This document shows positions 47,540-58,913 of a stretch of DNA of 64,000 bases, in pieces. This DNA is from Gammaproteobacteria bacterium (lineage in GTDB: Bacteria; Pseudomonadota; Gammaproteobacteria; PIWD01). Position numbers and translations under genes: made by a program. How positions within the stretch are numbered: the first letter of the stretch is position 1; every line of letters starts with the position of its first letter. The notes beneath the pieces were generated by a model. The model saw only the letters and a program-made list of their open reading frames with translations. It did no database searches and had not been told where the DNA came from. The stretch spans positions 594 to 64,593 of the forward strand of contig PIWD01000002.1 of assembly GCA_003354005.1 (NCBI GenBank). Reading direction: 5' to 3'.

Positions 47540-49567
47540 TTAAAATTGCTGGGGGGCATCTAGCTCAAAAAAATGTCGCTTTAATGTTTCTATATGATCT
47601 CGTAGCTGGCTTGCTTGTTCAAAATCAAGTTCTTTAGCAGCACGGTTCATTTGTTTTGTTAAGCTTGCAATACGTTCAGAAAACTCGGTTGGAGATAATC
47701 TTGCGTCTGCCCCACCCGACTCTAGGCTGGGTTCTTTTACTTTTAAGGTAGTTGGTCTGGCTAATGCCATCACATCGTGTACCACCTTAACGATACCTCT
47801 AGGAGTAATTCCATATTCGCGGTTAAATTCATTTTGAATTTTTCTCCTTCTTTCGGTTTCGCTCACGGCATAGGCGATGGCATCAGTTATTTTATCAGCA
47901 TATAAGATTGCTTTACCATCAATATGACGTGCTGCACGCCCTATAGTCTGCACAAGAGAGGATTTTGAGCGTAAAAACCCTTGTTTGTCAGCATCTAAAA
48001 TTGCAACTAAGGAAACTTCTGGAAGATCAAGTCCTTCACGCAGTAAGTTAATACCGACGATGACATCATATTCTCCTAGACGCAGTTGACGAAGGATTTC
48101 AATTCGTTCAACGGTATCAACATCAGCATGTAAATAACGCACACGCACACCGTGGCTAGCTAGGTATTCTGTCAAATCTTCACTCATGCGTTTGGTTAAG
48201 GTGGTGACCAAGACACGTTGCCGTTTTTTAGTACGCTGTGCGATTTCGGAAAGTAGATCATCGACTTGATCAGCGATGGGTCTAATTTCAACCTGAGGGT
48301 CTAAGAGTCCTGTAGGACGTACTATGAGTTCAACAATTTGTTCAGCCTGTTTAAGTTCATAAGGGCCAGGTGTTGCCGAAACATATATTTTTTGTAGTGG
48401 AACTGCTTCAATTTCATCAAACCGAAGCGGCCGGTTATCAAGAGCTGAAGGTAGGCGAAATCCATATTCCACGAGATTCTCTTTACGCGAGCGATCACCG
48501 CGATACATTGCACCTAGTTGGGGTATGGTCACGTGGGATTCATCGATAATCCATAGGGCATCATTATGGAAGTAATCTAGTAATGTTGGTGGTGGCTCTC
48601 CAGCTTGACGACCAGATAAATAGCGTGAGTAATTTTCAATACCGTTGCAGTAGCCCATTTCATTGATCATTTCAATATCAAAATATGTACGCTCCTCCAG
48701 TCGCTGAGCTTCAACTAAGCGACCAGATTCGCGCAAGACGGTGAGTCGCTGTTTCAACTCAATTTTAATCAGCTCAATTGATTGTAATAAACGTTCACGT
48801 GATGTTGCATAATGAGTTTTAGGATAAATCGTGACTTGCTCAAGTTCTTCTATTAGTGCACCCGTTAAGGGGTCAAAGTAGCGGATGCACTCAATTTCAT
48901 CCCCAAATAATTCAATACGAATTGCATGTTTACTAGATTCGGCTGGATAAATATCGATGACATCACCCGTCACTCGATAAGTTGCACGACATAATTCAGT
49001 CTGATTACGCTTGTACTGCAGGGCAACTAAGCGATGCAATACACGTCGTCGGTCGATATGTTCTCCACACTTAAGATGTAGGAGCATATCAAGATAGGAA
49101 CTTGGATCTCCTAAGCCATAAATTGCTGAGACCGTCGTGACAATAATAACATCGCGACGTTGCATCAGGTATTTAGTCGCTGATAATCGCATTTGTTCAA
49201 TATGTTCATTGATGGCCGCATCTTTGGAAATATAATTGTCTGTTGAGACAACATAGACTTCTGGCTGGTAGTAATCGTAGTAGGAGACAAAATAACCCAC
49301 AGCATTATCAGGAAATAATGTATATAATTCACCGTATAGTTGTGCAGCAAGTGTTTTATTAGGAGCGATCACTAATGCTGGGCGTTGTAGTTTGGCAATT
49401 ACGTGAGCTATGGTGAACGTTTTACCTGAGCCAGTCACACCTAACAGTGTCTGCTTGTCCATACCTGCATTGATGCCAACTGCTAATTTATTAATGGCCT
49501 GCAATTGTTGACCCTTTGGACTAAGGTCGCTTTTGATCTTAAATATAGGGCTTAGTTTTTCGTTCAT
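47540..49567 (-). CDS. uvrB: Excinuclease ABC subunit B
   Basis: Walker A GVTGSGKT, helicase motifs, and a C-terminal UvrB/UvrC interaction motif. Length is 675 aa. Confidence 0.9.
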   Translation of the reverse strand: MNEKLSPIFKIKSDLSPKGQQLQAINKLAVGINAGMDKQTLLGVTGSGKTFTIAHVIAKLQRPALVIAPNKTLAAQLYGELYTLFPDNAVGYFVSYYDYYQPEVYVVSTDNYISKDAAINEHIEQMRLSATKYLMQRRDVIIVTTVSAIYGLGDPSSYLDMLLHLKCGEHIDRRRVLHRLVALQYKRNQTELCRATYRVTGDVIDIYPAESSKHAIRIELFGDEIECIRYFDPLTGALIEELEQVTIYPKTHYATSRERLLQSIELIKIELKQRLTVLRESGRLVEAQRLEERTYFDIEMINEMGYCNGIENYSRYLSGRQAGEPPPTLLDYFHNDALWIIDESHVTIPQLGAMYRGDRSRKENLVEYGFRLPSALDNRPLRFDEIEAVPLQKIYVSATPGPYELKQAEQIVELIVRPTGLLDPQVEIRPIADQVDDLLSEIAQRTKKRQRVLVTTLTKRMSEDLTEYLASHGVRVRYLHADVDTVERIEILRQLRLGEYDVIVGINLLREGLDLPEVSLVAILDADKQGFLRSKSSLVQTIGRAARHIDGKAILYADKITDAIAYAVSETERRRKIQNEFNREYGITPRGIVKVVHDVMALARPTTLKVKEPSLESGGADARLSPTEFSERIASLTKQMNRAAKELDFEQASQLRDHIETLKRHFFELDAPQQF

Positions 49568-49710
49568 TTCAAATGCTCAAGCTATTGGACATTCCATTGT
49601 ATCTCATCTATACTACTAATCAACACGGATGCTACCCATCAGTATATTTGCATAGCATTTAATATAGATTGGATCATTCAATACACAATTGAATTGCAAG
49701 GAGCATAAAA

Positions 49711-50436
49711 ATGTCAATGAAGCAACCACATATTCTATCTCCGAAAATTGTATTAGCCCTACTTGGTCTCATATTTTCACTTGCCTGCCATGCTGGCATA
49801 CACGTGATTCCCAGTGAGCTTGAATTTTCGTCACAGTCCTTAAAAAAAGATGTGCTAGTGATCAATGAGGGCGATAAGACGGCTTATGTGGCCGTAACCC
49901 CTTATATTATGCAGAACCCAGGGCGTAAAAGTGAAAAGAAGGTCTATCAACCAGACCCTGGTCAATCTGGAATGCTTGTTACCCCAACGCGACTGATTAT
50001 TCCACCCCATCAACAGCGCTATGTACGACTTTTGATGATAAAACCATTGGACGATACCGAACGTATTTATCGTGTTAACTTTATTCCACAATCAGGCAAG
50101 CTAATACCTGGGCCACTCAGACCAAAAACAGGCAAACCAGCTTTGGGGATTCATGTGATCACAGGCTATGGTATATTGGTGACCAGTCGACCAGGACAAT
50201 TAAAACCAAAGCTTAGCGTAAAACGCAAGGGGCATAAATTGACTGTCAAAAATATAGGAAACACAAGCCTAATACTTAAAGGCGGTCAGCAATGTGCTAG
50301 TAATAAGAAGTGCTTTAAACTGCCATATAAACGACTGTACGCTGGCAATACATGGTTGGGGAAGGTGCCTTATACCACCCCAGTGACAGTTAAGGCTAGG
50401 GTGAGCACAGATATCATCTCTTATTCTACGGAGTAA
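49711..50436 (+). CDS. Pilus assembly periplasmic chaperone (PapD-fold; CsuC-like)
   Basis: A signal peptide and an Ig-like chaperone domain (..AVTPYIM..RLIIPPHQQRYVRL..YRVNFIPQ..). It is immediately followed by an usher gene. Confidence 0.65.
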   Translation: MSMKQPHILSPKIVLALLGLIFSLACHAGIHVIPSELEFSSQSLKKDVLVINEGDKTAYVAVTPYIMQNPGRKSEKKVYQPDPGQSGMLVTPTRLIIPPHQQRYVRLLMIKPLDDTERIYRVNFIPQSGKLIPGPLRPKTGKPALGIHVITGYGILVTSRPGQLKPKLSVKRKGHKLTVKNIGNTSLILKGGQQCASNKKCFKLPYKRLYAGNTWLGKVPYTTPVTVKARVSTDIISYSTE

Positions 50437-50440
50437 ATCT

Positions 50441-52987
50441 GTGAATTGGGCGTGCTATTTAAAGGTTACCTATCCAATCACAATCAAAATTATTTTATGG
50501 TTTGCGATTTGCTTGGGTCTAGGTGTTGTGGTATTTCAGCAGCCCTGCTTAGCAAAGTACAAGCTGTTCACCGTATCTGATGCACCACCAGAGGGGTTTC
50601 ATCAACCAAAAAAACTGACGACCTTTATTGATATTTATTATAGCAAGCATTACTTGGGATACTTTAAGGCTGATATCACATCCACTGGTTTACACTTCCT
50701 TCATCCCGATAAAATTCTACAGCAACTTAAGAAGATTACTAAACTCACAAAAAAAGCAGTCTTAAAAAAGATCCTTTCTAAACCGCTAGCCTTAAACCTG
50801 CATATGTCTTGCCAGCAGCTTATTCGCCCCCCAGGTTGTGGACGCATAACACCAGATATCCTGGGGCTTATCTATCATGAAAACCTGATGCGAGCAGACT
50901 TATTTATCAATGGAAATTACTTGCAACGCAAGGTAAAAAGAGCGGGATATATTCCTGACTCTACTAGTGGCTTATCGTATATCAACCGTTTGCGTGGCGT
51001 TATTCTAGGTAGCACAAGAAGCGACCAGCCTAATTATAATATTTCGACAAACAATACACTTGCTTTTAAAAATACTCGTCTTAATTTTTCACTAGAATTT
51101 GCCAATAATCTACTGAATAACCGTAATATTCGGCTGGGCAAATTGGATATTGAACGAGATCAACGCAAGCACTATTACGCAGTAGGTATCCTCAATACCT
51201 ATTCTGATGCCTTTTTTTCAAACTTACATATCCTAGGCGGACAGTTTGGTAGTGGCGATCATGCGATCATTAACAAAGACGAGCTAAATGCGACACCCAT
51301 TGAGTTATTTTTAAGTTTACCCAGCCAGGTCTCAATTTTTAAAAAAGGGGAGTTAATTTATAGCAAGCATCTGACAGAAGGACACCAGCGTATCAATACC
51401 GAAAACTTTCCCCAAGGCTCCTATACTGTTTTAATCAAAATTGAAGATATATACGGCAATCAACGAGAGACAGAGCACTACTTTATTAAGTCAACTTTAC
51501 TACCTCCCCCAAAGATACCTCAATACCGTATAACAGCCGGTTACCTCATTGATGATGGGCATATTGATTCAAATGCCTTAATCCCGCTGCTGCCAATACC
51601 CATCTATCAATTACAGTACAAACGTCGTCTTACGCAAACGATGGGCTTAAAAAGTACACTGATTGCCCACAATAAAGCAGCTTACTTGACGATAGGGCCT
51701 ATGCTACTCAAACCGAGTTATTTTTTAGAACCACATTTAGTCTTAGGCACACAAAACACACTAGGGATAGGTGAAGAATTTTCTTATTACACATCACGAT
51801 TAGGTGTCAGCTTGACAAGTTTACATCTTTTTAATACAAAATATCACCTGCATCCAGTAGATAACTCTAACTTAGCAGAAGATAACTACAATATTTTCAT
51901 CAATACTGACTATAATGTTGATTTAACGGTTAATTACCGACTTTCCGACTATAGTATAGTTCATCTTATCAGTTCGCTCTCCAAAACTTCTTTGAGCCAA
52001 CGTAAGACCTATCGTAACAGCCTATCCTATCGCAGAACTTTACTAAAAAGTAGCAAGGCAAATGTCAATGTTAGGCTTTCTTTGAGCTACAGTGAAAATC
52101 ATTATAATATACTTGCTGGGCTATCTCTCAACGTGAAAAAACCACATATTAGGCATGTACTCGACCTAAGTATGACTGCCAAAGAGAAAGCAGATGGCAC
52201 CAATCATCTGTCTCCTGCTATTATGGGGCTTATCAATTATAATCAACGTGATGCCAATCACCATGGGTACACCTTAGTTACACAGGGAAGCATCAGTGAT
52301 ACACGTAGCAATCTAAATCTACAGTATGAACAAACAAATCGATTTATTTCATCACGTTCCAATCTTAATACCTCCTACAATGAGGACAAGAAAATCGGTC
52401 TGCAATACAATATCAACGCTGGTACCACTTTATCATGGGTACCACATTATTTTCATATGAGTGGGCATCCCTTTACAGGGAACTCTGGTATTATTGTAAA
52501 TATCGAAACCCCTGAGCCAGATGCACTGTTCCATTTAATACGCAGGCATCATTCGGCAATATCCATCCATGGCAATCAACCCCTGTTCAAGCCACTGTCA
52601 TCTTACCAGACCCACACTCTATATATTAGGAATGCATCTGACAGGTCTTATTTCATAAAAAATCCGTCTAAACAAATTACGCTGTACCCTGGGAACATAC
52701 AATTGGTCAACTGGGAGGTCGTAGCAAAACATATTCTTATCGGCCAGCTTGTCAATCAGAAAGGCAAACCCATCATCCATGCTCATATAAAAGATGACCC
52801 CACAGCACATTATGCTAGTACAGACAAATATGGTTATTTTCAAATAGAAGTCGATCGGAAAACAAAATGGCTAGATGCAGATGATCATGGCAATATATGT
52901 AGATTGACCCTGCCTGCTTTTCCATGGAAAACAAGTTTTACTTATATAGGAGAAATTGTATGCGTACCACACGTCATTCACGATTAA
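50441..52987 (+). CDS. Fimbrial outer-membrane usher protein (CsuD-like)
   Basis: 848 aa with beta-rich sequence. It is positioned between the chaperone and the SCPU-type subunit genes. Confidence 0.65.
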   Translation: MNWACYLKVTYPITIKIILWFAICLGLGVVVFQQPCLAKYKLFTVSDAPPEGFHQPKKLTTFIDIYYSKHYLGYFKADITSTGLHFLHPDKILQQLKKITKLTKKAVLKKILSKPLALNLHMSCQQLIRPPGCGRITPDILGLIYHENLMRADLFINGNYLQRKVKRAGYIPDSTSGLSYINRLRGVILGSTRSDQPNYNISTNNTLAFKNTRLNFSLEFANNLLNNRNIRLGKLDIERDQRKHYYAVGILNTYSDAFFSNLHILGGQFGSGDHAIINKDELNATPIELFLSLPSQVSIFKKGELIYSKHLTEGHQRINTENFPQGSYTVLIKIEDIYGNQRETEHYFIKSTLLPPPKIPQYRITAGYLIDDGHIDSNALIPLLPIPIYQLQYKRRLTQTMGLKSTLIAHNKAAYLTIGPMLLKPSYFLEPHLVLGTQNTLGIGEEFSYYTSRLGVSLTSLHLFNTKYHLHPVDNSNLAEDNYNIFINTDYNVDLTVNYRLSDYSIVHLISSLSKTSLSQRKTYRNSLSYRRTLLKSSKANVNVRLSLSYSENHYNILAGLSLNVKKPHIRHVLDLSMTAKEKADGTNHLSPAIMGLINYNQRDANHHGYTLVTQGSISDTRSNLNLQYEQTNRFISSRSNLNTSYNEDKKIGLQYNINAGTTLSWVPHYFHMSGHPFTGNSGIIVNIETPEPDALFHLIRRHHSAISIHGNQPLFKPLSSYQTHTLYIRNASDRSYFIKNPSKQITLYPGNIQLVNWEVVAKHILIGQLVNQKGKPIIHAHIKDDPTAHYASTDKYGYFQIEVDRKTKWLDADDHGNICRLTLPAFPWKTSFTYIGEIVCVPHVIHD

Positions 52988-53505
52988 AAGCACAACTACA
53001 CCGTATTCCTCGTCGTATCAAAGCAATGCTATCTGGCCTGCTTATTATTGCTTGTTGTTATTCTGACAACACTGAAGCACATACAAACAGTAGCGAGGAT
53101 ATGTTAATCGATAACCTGCAAGACTTTAACTTTGGTATTGTTGTCCCCAATGGAAGTGACTTACAAGCCGATGATTATATCTGTATATATACCGAGAGTA
53201 AGAAGAAATATAAAATTACGATAACTGGACTGCATGACATAGGTTCTGCATTCTATCTTGCCAGCGGGGTCAATACCATTCAGTACTGGGTGAAATGGAA
53301 CGATAACAAAAGTGGCTTTGAAGAAATGAAAGCATCCCATACTGAAAAATTCTCAAATGCAATTCATACCTTATCCTGCGCAGGCTCACCAAATGGTGAC
53401 TTAGCCCAACTACGTATTTTGGTAAAAGATCAAAATTTAAGCTCCGCACCACCAGGTGTTTATAGTGATACCCTCACGATTTTACTAGAGCCATACAAAA
53501 GCTGA
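52960..53505 (+). CDS. Spore-coat-U (SCPU) domain pilus minor subunit
   Basis: The ATG at 52960 has an AGGAG RBS. A signal sequence and two Cys (CIYT...LSCAG) are typical of SCPU/Csu subunits. It overlaps the usher's 3' end. Confidence 0.55.
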   Translation: MRTTRHSRLKAQLHRIPRRIKAMLSGLLIIACCYSDNTEAHTNSSEDMLIDNLQDFNFGIVVPNGSDLQADDYICIYTESKKKYKITITGLHDIGSAFYLASGVNTIQYWVKWNDNKSGFEEMKASHTEKFSNAIHTLSCAGSPNGDLAQLRILVKDQNLSSAPPGVYSDTLTILLEPYKS

Positions 53506-53525
53506 TACTCCCAATATATGAAGAT

Positions 53526-53552
53526 AGGGGCTTTACACTCATTTTTGGTAAA
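53526..53552. repeat. Second copy of the 27-nt motif AGGGGCTTTACaCTCATTTTTGGTAAA (see 3273-3299).
   Basis: A 26/27 match to the element downstream of lipA. Confidence 0.6.
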
Positions 53553-53671
53553 AACATACTAAATCATGCAAAAAAAATATTTGATACTATAATTAATTTC
53601 ACACAACGTGACGCACCCTTTATTGATGGGGATGTATGCAGCATAACTTAATGTAATATGAGGTATTTATT

Positions 53672-54247
53672 ATGCGAAAATTAAAACGAATCATAACTAG
53701 TCTACACATCGTGGCTTGTTTAGGCATTGCAGTACCGCTATCAACATACGCTGCAACACAGGGTTCCCTCGGCACAACTTCAACTGGTACAGTTGATATC
53801 ACGCTTGAGATCCCGGCGCAAGTACGTATCACTGCGTTAAATGATATTGAGTTGACACCAACTGTACTAACAAGTGACGTAACTGGAAGTACGACAGCTT
53901 GCATTTACTCTGCTAGCACTGTCACATCAGGTGGATACCAGGTGACTGCAACCAGTGATAACAATGGTGGAGGTGGCTCATTCTTTGTCAAAGAACAGGG
54001 AGCAGGAACTGAAACCATAGAATATACCGCTACGTGGCATGACGGTGGATCTGCCAGTCCGTCTAGCATGACTGAAGGTAGCCCACTCACTGGACAAGAA
54101 AATGCTGATACGGTCAGCACTAATTGCTCAGGTACAGGTCCAAGCACTAATGCTACTTTTGAAATAAAGTTTCTATCAGCCGACTTGACTACAGCATCAG
54201 TTGCAACTTATGAAGACACTGTTACCTTAGTTGTTGCACCAACTTAA
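53672..54247 (+). CDS. Spore-coat-U (SCPU) domain pilin, major subunit (CsuA/B-like)
   Basis: A signal peptide, then TQGSLGTTSTGTVDITLEIP. The protein is Thr/Ser/Gly-rich and beta-strand-rich, with a Cys pair (ACIYS ... NCSG). Length is 191 aa. Confidence 0.65.
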   Translation: MRKLKRIITSLHIVACLGIAVPLSTYAATQGSLGTTSTGTVDITLEIPAQVRITALNDIELTPTVLTSDVTGSTTACIYSASTVTSGGYQVTATSDNNGGGGSFFVKEQGAGTETIEYTATWHDGGSASPSSMTEGSPLTGQENADTVSTNCSGTGPSTNATFEIKFLSADLTTASVATYEDTVTLVVAPT

Positions 54248-54275
54248 CGTTGACACAGTACCTGCCCTTTGCCCA

Positions 54276-55835
54276 TTATGGGCTTTGGACGAGTGCTGAT
54301 TCAGCATCTGTGGCAGTTTGAAGGTGAAAGATGTCGAAAATACTAGAGTACTGCTCCTCATAGAAGTTAAGAAGATGTCTATCTCTGCTATCATGCTGTA
54401 AATATGTATTACAATTCTCTCCAAAATATTTATCATAACTATCTAGAAACTCCTGGCCAGAATCCCATAGCCCACGTTCTATAAGAGCTTTCATATACTC
54501 TGAATTTTCTCTTAAAGCTAGGAATATGCCATCCTGGCAACTAGTATCCACATAACATTCATACAGCACAGAGTATACGTCTAAGCAGCAAATATGCTCA
54601 TCAATATTATCAACGAAGTCGGATGAAACTCTACTTTCATATTGTGCTACTTTTACTTTCATCACTTTTGATTCAGGAATTTTTGTAATTAGTAAAAGAG
54701 AAAAGAATAAACACATTACCTTCTCTCTACTATCGGCAGCAAAGGGAAATATACGCACTCTTACAGAGTAATCTTCAATGATATCATCTAAGCACTTCTT
54801 TATATCTTCTTCTAACTTCTTCTTATTCCGTTCATGAAAAATCTCATTATTTGCTATGTATCTTCCTATCCTCTCATTTACAGTGCCACTTATCACACCA
54901 ATATGATTCATATTAGCTGTTACAGTGGCCAGTACGGATTGCCTGTCAACACTTTGTAAGATAAGCATCCTTCTCAGAAATGGTGTAATCAAAAGCATTG
55001 CAAATAAAATTACGATATTAGTACAATTAGCAAGAAAGACAGATACTAAGAACATAGCGCTCCCAATATTACTCAAGCTGTATGCGTATAATTGAATCCA
55101 TGCAAATCCTCCATATATTTGATCTGGAGAAAGCAGTTTAATAAGAATAGGCAGAATAATAACAACAAAGGCGATAGTAATGCATATAGGAAGTAACATG
55201 GGAGGAAAAGCAATATATGGTAAAAGAATAACAATAACAGCATAACTGTAACCTGATAGGTATGGGAGAAATCCAATCAAGAAGCAACCAAAGAGGTTAT
55301 TAGAAATGCGCGATATATCAATGATCTGCATCTCAAATCCGAAGATGCCATCAAAAAAGGCTCGGAATTTATCTAATTTTGATAGAAATCTATCCCCATA
55401 ACTAATTCTATCATCTTCATAGCTACCAATGGAAATAACGGAAATAACGGAATCAGCGGAAATTGAACCATTAAACCACATAAAAAAATTGATTATCATC
55501 ATTGGGAAATAAACAATTGAGGTACAAGCCTTTATAAGTAAGAACGGTACTCTAGTGATTGCGATATAATTCCTCATGTTAGATGCTAAAAAATCCCTTG
55601 TCCTTTTAGGCAACAAAAAAACTATTGCCAAACACGCTAACGCAGTCAGCGCACACTGAACCCAAATAAGAGCTGATGCAGACAAGCTAAGACCAATAAA
55701 ACTTAGTGCAGCAACCCACGGAAAATAGATAGCAGAACCCACTACAATAAATGCAAGAGCTAAAATGGGAAAAAATATACAAGCAACAAAGGTACATTTT
55801 TCCTTCAATTTACTGAATTTCATATTATCAAACAC
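54276..55835 (-). CDS. Hypothetical large membrane protein. The N-terminal half is polytopic (about 10 TM) and the C-terminal ~200 aa are soluble.
   Basis: 519 aa. No family recognised. Confidence 0.4.
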   Translation of the reverse strand: MFDNMKFSKLKEKCTFVACIFFPILALAFIVVGSAIYFPWVAALSFIGLSLSASALIWVQCALTALACLAIVFLLPKRTRDFLASNMRNYIAITRVPFLLIKACTSIVYFPMMIINFFMWFNGSISADSVISVISIGSYEDDRISYGDRFLSKLDKFRAFFDGIFGFEMQIIDISRISNNLFGCFLIGFLPYLSGYSYAVIVILLPYIAFPPMLLPICITIAFVVIILPILIKLLSPDQIYGGFAWIQLYAYSLSNIGSAMFLVSVFLANCTNIVILFAMLLITPFLRRMLILQSVDRQSVLATVTANMNHIGVISGTVNERIGRYIANNEIFHERNKKKLEEDIKKCLDDIIEDYSVRVRIFPFAADSREKVMCLFFSLLLITKIPESKVMKVKVAQYESRVSSDFVDNIDEHICCLDVYSVLYECYVDTSCQDGIFLALRENSEYMKALIERGLWDSGQEFLDSYDKYFGENCNTYLQHDSRDRHLLNFYEEQYSSIFDIFHLQTATDAESALVQSP

Positions 55836-55986
55836 CTCGCAGTTTTGCTATTCTACCACACCTATCAACTTATGTAAAAGTCTATCTGGTGATTCCTGTT
55901 GAATTGCTGTAAAGGAAGCTTCTTTACGCTACGGCTTGGCAAAAAATGCTATACTACGCATGTATTAATGTGGAGTTTTGCCGAAA

Positions 55987-57006
55987 ATGCTTGAGGAAAT
56001 AACGAGTAATACAGTCAACGAGATTTGTAAAAATAAGGAAAGGCAGCATCATAAATGGAAACAGTGGGGCAAGCAGGTTGTCAAGACTGAGTTGCAGTCT
56101 ATTTCTGCCATGACGGCACATATCGACCAAAATTTCTCAAAGGCTATTGAGCTTATGTTAAACTGCCAAGGGCGTGTTATTGTAACAGGCATAGGTAAAT
56201 CAGGTCATATTGCTAGAAAAATTGCCGCAACCCTAGCAAGTACTGGTTCACCTTCTTTCTTTATACACCCTGCTGAAGCATGCCACGGTGATCTAGGTAT
56301 GATCGTTCAACAGGATATTCTACTTGCTATCTCTTATACGGGCGAGACCAGCGAGGTCTTGCAAATGATAACGGCTCTGCAACATAAACGAATACTCATT
56401 ATCAGTTTAACTGGCAAACCACAATCAACCTTGGCTCAATTAGCGGATGCCAGTCTCTCTATTTCAGTTGAACGGGAGGCATGTGCACTGGGTCTAGCAC
56501 CTACCGCTAGTACCACCGCATGTCTTGTGATGGGTGATGCTTTGGCCATGACTTTATTGCAAGCAAAGAATTTTACGGCCGATGATTTTTCACGCTCTCA
56601 TCCTGGTGGTTCGCTAGGATGGCAGTTACGCTACCGAACTAATCAACTTATGCGCAAGACTGTGCCAACTGTCAATCAGGATACCTTAATTAAAGATGCT
56701 ATTGTTGAGATGTCACTCAAAGGGATTGGCTTAACCTGCGTTGTCTGCCCCAAAAAACGCCTGGTTGGGGTTTTTACTGATGGTGATTTACGTCGTACAC
56801 TCGATAAAGGTCTTGATATTAATACAATACATATTTCTGAAGTGGCAACGATGAACTGTAAAACAATTCATGTTACAATGCCAGCCAGCAAGGCACTGCA
56901 TATGATGCAGGCGTACAAAATTAATGTTGTGATTGTTCTAAATACTGAACAGCAGCCCATTGGAACATTGCAGCTCTACGACTTATTAGAAGCAGGTGGT
57001 TATTGA
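55987..57006 (+). CDS. kdsD: Arabinose-5-phosphate isomerase (SIS domain plus tandem CBS domains)
   Basis: SIS motif VTGIGKSGHIARK, C-terminal CBS pair. ATG at 55987. Confidence 0.85.
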   Translation: MLEEITSNTVNEICKNKERQHHKWKQWGKQVVKTELQSISAMTAHIDQNFSKAIELMLNCQGRVIVTGIGKSGHIARKIAATLASTGSPSFFIHPAEACHGDLGMIVQQDILLAISYTGETSEVLQMITALQHKRILIISLTGKPQSTLAQLADASLSISVEREACALGLAPTASTTACLVMGDALAMTLLQAKNFTADDFSRSHPGGSLGWQLRYRTNQLMRKTVPTVNQDTLIKDAIVEMSLKGIGLTCVVCPKKRLVGVFTDGDLRRTLDKGLDINTIHISEVATMNCKTIHVTMPASKALHMMQAYKINVVIVLNTEQQPIGTLQLYDLLEAGGY

Positions 57007-57028
57007 GTATGGCAGGTGGTTATTGAGT

Positions 57029-57553
57029 ATGATAGATCAAGCAATTATGGCAAAAGCAGCTCGCATCAAGTTATTAGTCTTTGATGTAGATGGTGTGTTG
57101 ACCAATGGTCAGATAACTTTTTCTGAGCAACATGAAATCAAAAGTTTTCACGTACAAGATGGTACAGGTATCAGGTTAGTGCAAGAAACAGGCGTTCAGA
57201 TTGCTGTCATCACAGGGCGCTACAGTCGTATCGTAGCAAAGCGTATGGATGAATTAGGTGTCCTTCACGTTCTACAGGCTCAAACTGATAAACTAAAAGC
57301 AATGCAGACGTTACAAAAAAATAAACTGGATGCAGAGGAAATTGCCTATGTTGGTGATGACCTGCTAGATTTATCCCTTATACAATATGTCGGTTTAGGT
57401 ATTGCTGTTGCTAACGCTAGCGAGCTAATTAAACCATATGCTGACTGGATTACAACAAAACATGGTGGCGAAGGGGCTGCACGCGAAGTATGTGAACTCA
57501 TTATGCGAGCCCAAGATACCTTAACACCCTTATGTCAACGTTACCTCGTCTAA
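57029..57553 (+). CDS. kdsC: 3-deoxy-D-manno-octulosonate 8-phosphate phosphatase
   Basis: HAD motif I LLVFDVDGVLTNG and GDDLLD. I chose the ATG at 57029 (MIDQ..). Confidence 0.8.
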   Translation: MIDQAIMAKAARIKLLVFDVDGVLTNGQITFSEQHEIKSFHVQDGTGIRLVQETGVQIAVITGRYSRIVAKRMDELGVLHVLQAQTDKLKAMQTLQKNKLDAEEIAYVGDDLLDLSLIQYVGLGIAVANASELIKPYADWITTKHGGEGAAREVCELIMRAQDTLTPLCQRYLV

Positions 57554-58164
57554 ACCGCAGTACACAGCACTCTAGATCAATTGTACAAGCTTTTTCGATT
57601 GATCCCATTCATTTCACATGTCTTGTGGTCTTATTTTCCCTTGCACTTGTCACAGGGTGGTTTGCATGGAGCATGAACTATAAGCAGTCCTTAGTCCCTT
57701 TAGGTGAAAAAACACCCAGCCAATGGGTAGAACAGCCGACTTATCTGTCAATCGACCAATCTCAGCACATATTGACCTACCTTCATGCAGATCATTTGAA
57801 GCATTATGATACGCCAGCGATGATGTTGTTTGACCACCCTCATTTTATTTCCCACAACGAAACAAACCAAACAACTTGGGAATTAACTGCTCAAGAAGGA
57901 AAAAGCCCACATCTATCAGAAACGATTTATTTTAAGGGGCACATTATCTTAAAAAAATTTATAAAAGAAAAAGAGCAATTTACCTTACACGCAGAACAAT
58001 TAACATTCCATCCAAAACAAAAACTAATACACATTCAAACACCAGGTACTGTTTATTACAAAAGTGGTGCGGTGAAGTTTACAACATTCACAGCTAACCT
58101 TGAAAATAATACAGTAAAATTAGACAACGCGACAGATATCACATACCAGGCCATACAGAGATGA
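57532..58164 (+). CDS. lptC: LPS export protein LptC
   Basis: An N-terminal TM anchor plus a ~190 aa beta-jellyroll-size periplasmic domain. Its position between kdsC and lptB is conserved. Confidence 0.6.
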   Translation: MSTLPRLNRSTQHSRSIVQAFSIDPIHFTCLVVLFSLALVTGWFAWSMNYKQSLVPLGEKTPSQWVEQPTYLSIDQSQHILTYLHADHLKHYDTPAMMLFDHPHFISHNETNQTTWELTAQEGKSPHLSETIYFKGHIILKKFIKEKEQFTLHAEQLTFHPKQKLIHIQTPGTVYYKSGAVKFTTFTANLENNTVKLDNATDITYQAIQR

Positions 58165-58889
58165 ACCATATTTTAACTGCTACCCACCTCTATAAACAAT
58201 ATAAGAAACGTGATGTTGTTAAAAATGTTTCCTTTACCGTACATTCACAACAAATCATCGGCCTACTGGGTCCTAATGGTGCTGGTAAAACAACAAGCTT
58301 TCACATGCTTGCTGGCATTATTCCCTGTCAATCAGGACGTGTGAAACTTGATCATATCGATATTACCCACTACCCCATTCATCAACGCGCACGCTTGGGT
58401 ATCACATACCTACCACAAGAAGTTTCTATTTTCCGAAAATTAAGTGTTGAGGAAAATATTATGGCAATCCTAGAACTTCAAAAAGAACTTTCGCGCCAAC
58501 AACGACGTGATAAAATGGAAGCTCTGTTAGGTGAATTTCAATTACACGATGTACGTCATAATCTTGGGCTACACCTCTCAGGTGGTGAACGGCGTCGTGT
58601 CGAAATTGCACGCGCACTAGCTACTGAACCTAAATTTATTTTATTAGATGAACCATTTTCTGGCATTGACCCCATCGCTGTTATGGATATCAAACGCATC
58701 ATCAATCATTTGAAAAAACGAGGCTTAGGCATACTCATTACAGATCACAATGTACGTGAGACACTGAGCATCTGCCAGCATGCCTATATTGTAAGTGAAG
58801 GTGTCGTTATCGCTGAAGGAACACCTAACAGTATTTTAAAACATCAACATGTTAAGCAGGTTTATCTAGGTGATACATTTGATCGTTGA
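58161..58889 (+). CDS. lptB: LPS export ABC transporter ATPase LptB
   Basis: Walker [10 protein letters not shown], signature LSGGERRR, and Walker B ILLDEP. Length is 242 aa. Confidence 0.9.
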   Translation: MNHILTATHLYKQYKKRDVVKNVSFTVHSQQIIGLLGPNGAGKTTSFHMLAGIIPCQSGRVKLDHIDITHYPIHQRARLGITYLPQEVSIFRKLSVEENIMAILELQKELSRQQRRDKMEALLGEFQLHDVRHNLGLHLSGGERRRVEIARALATEPKFILLDEPFSGIDPIAVMDIKRIINHLKKRGLGILITDHNVRETLSICQHAYIVSEGVVIAEGTPNSILKHQHVKQVYLGDTFDR

Positions 58890-58913
58890 GTGATATCTTC
58901 AATCTCCTAGTTT

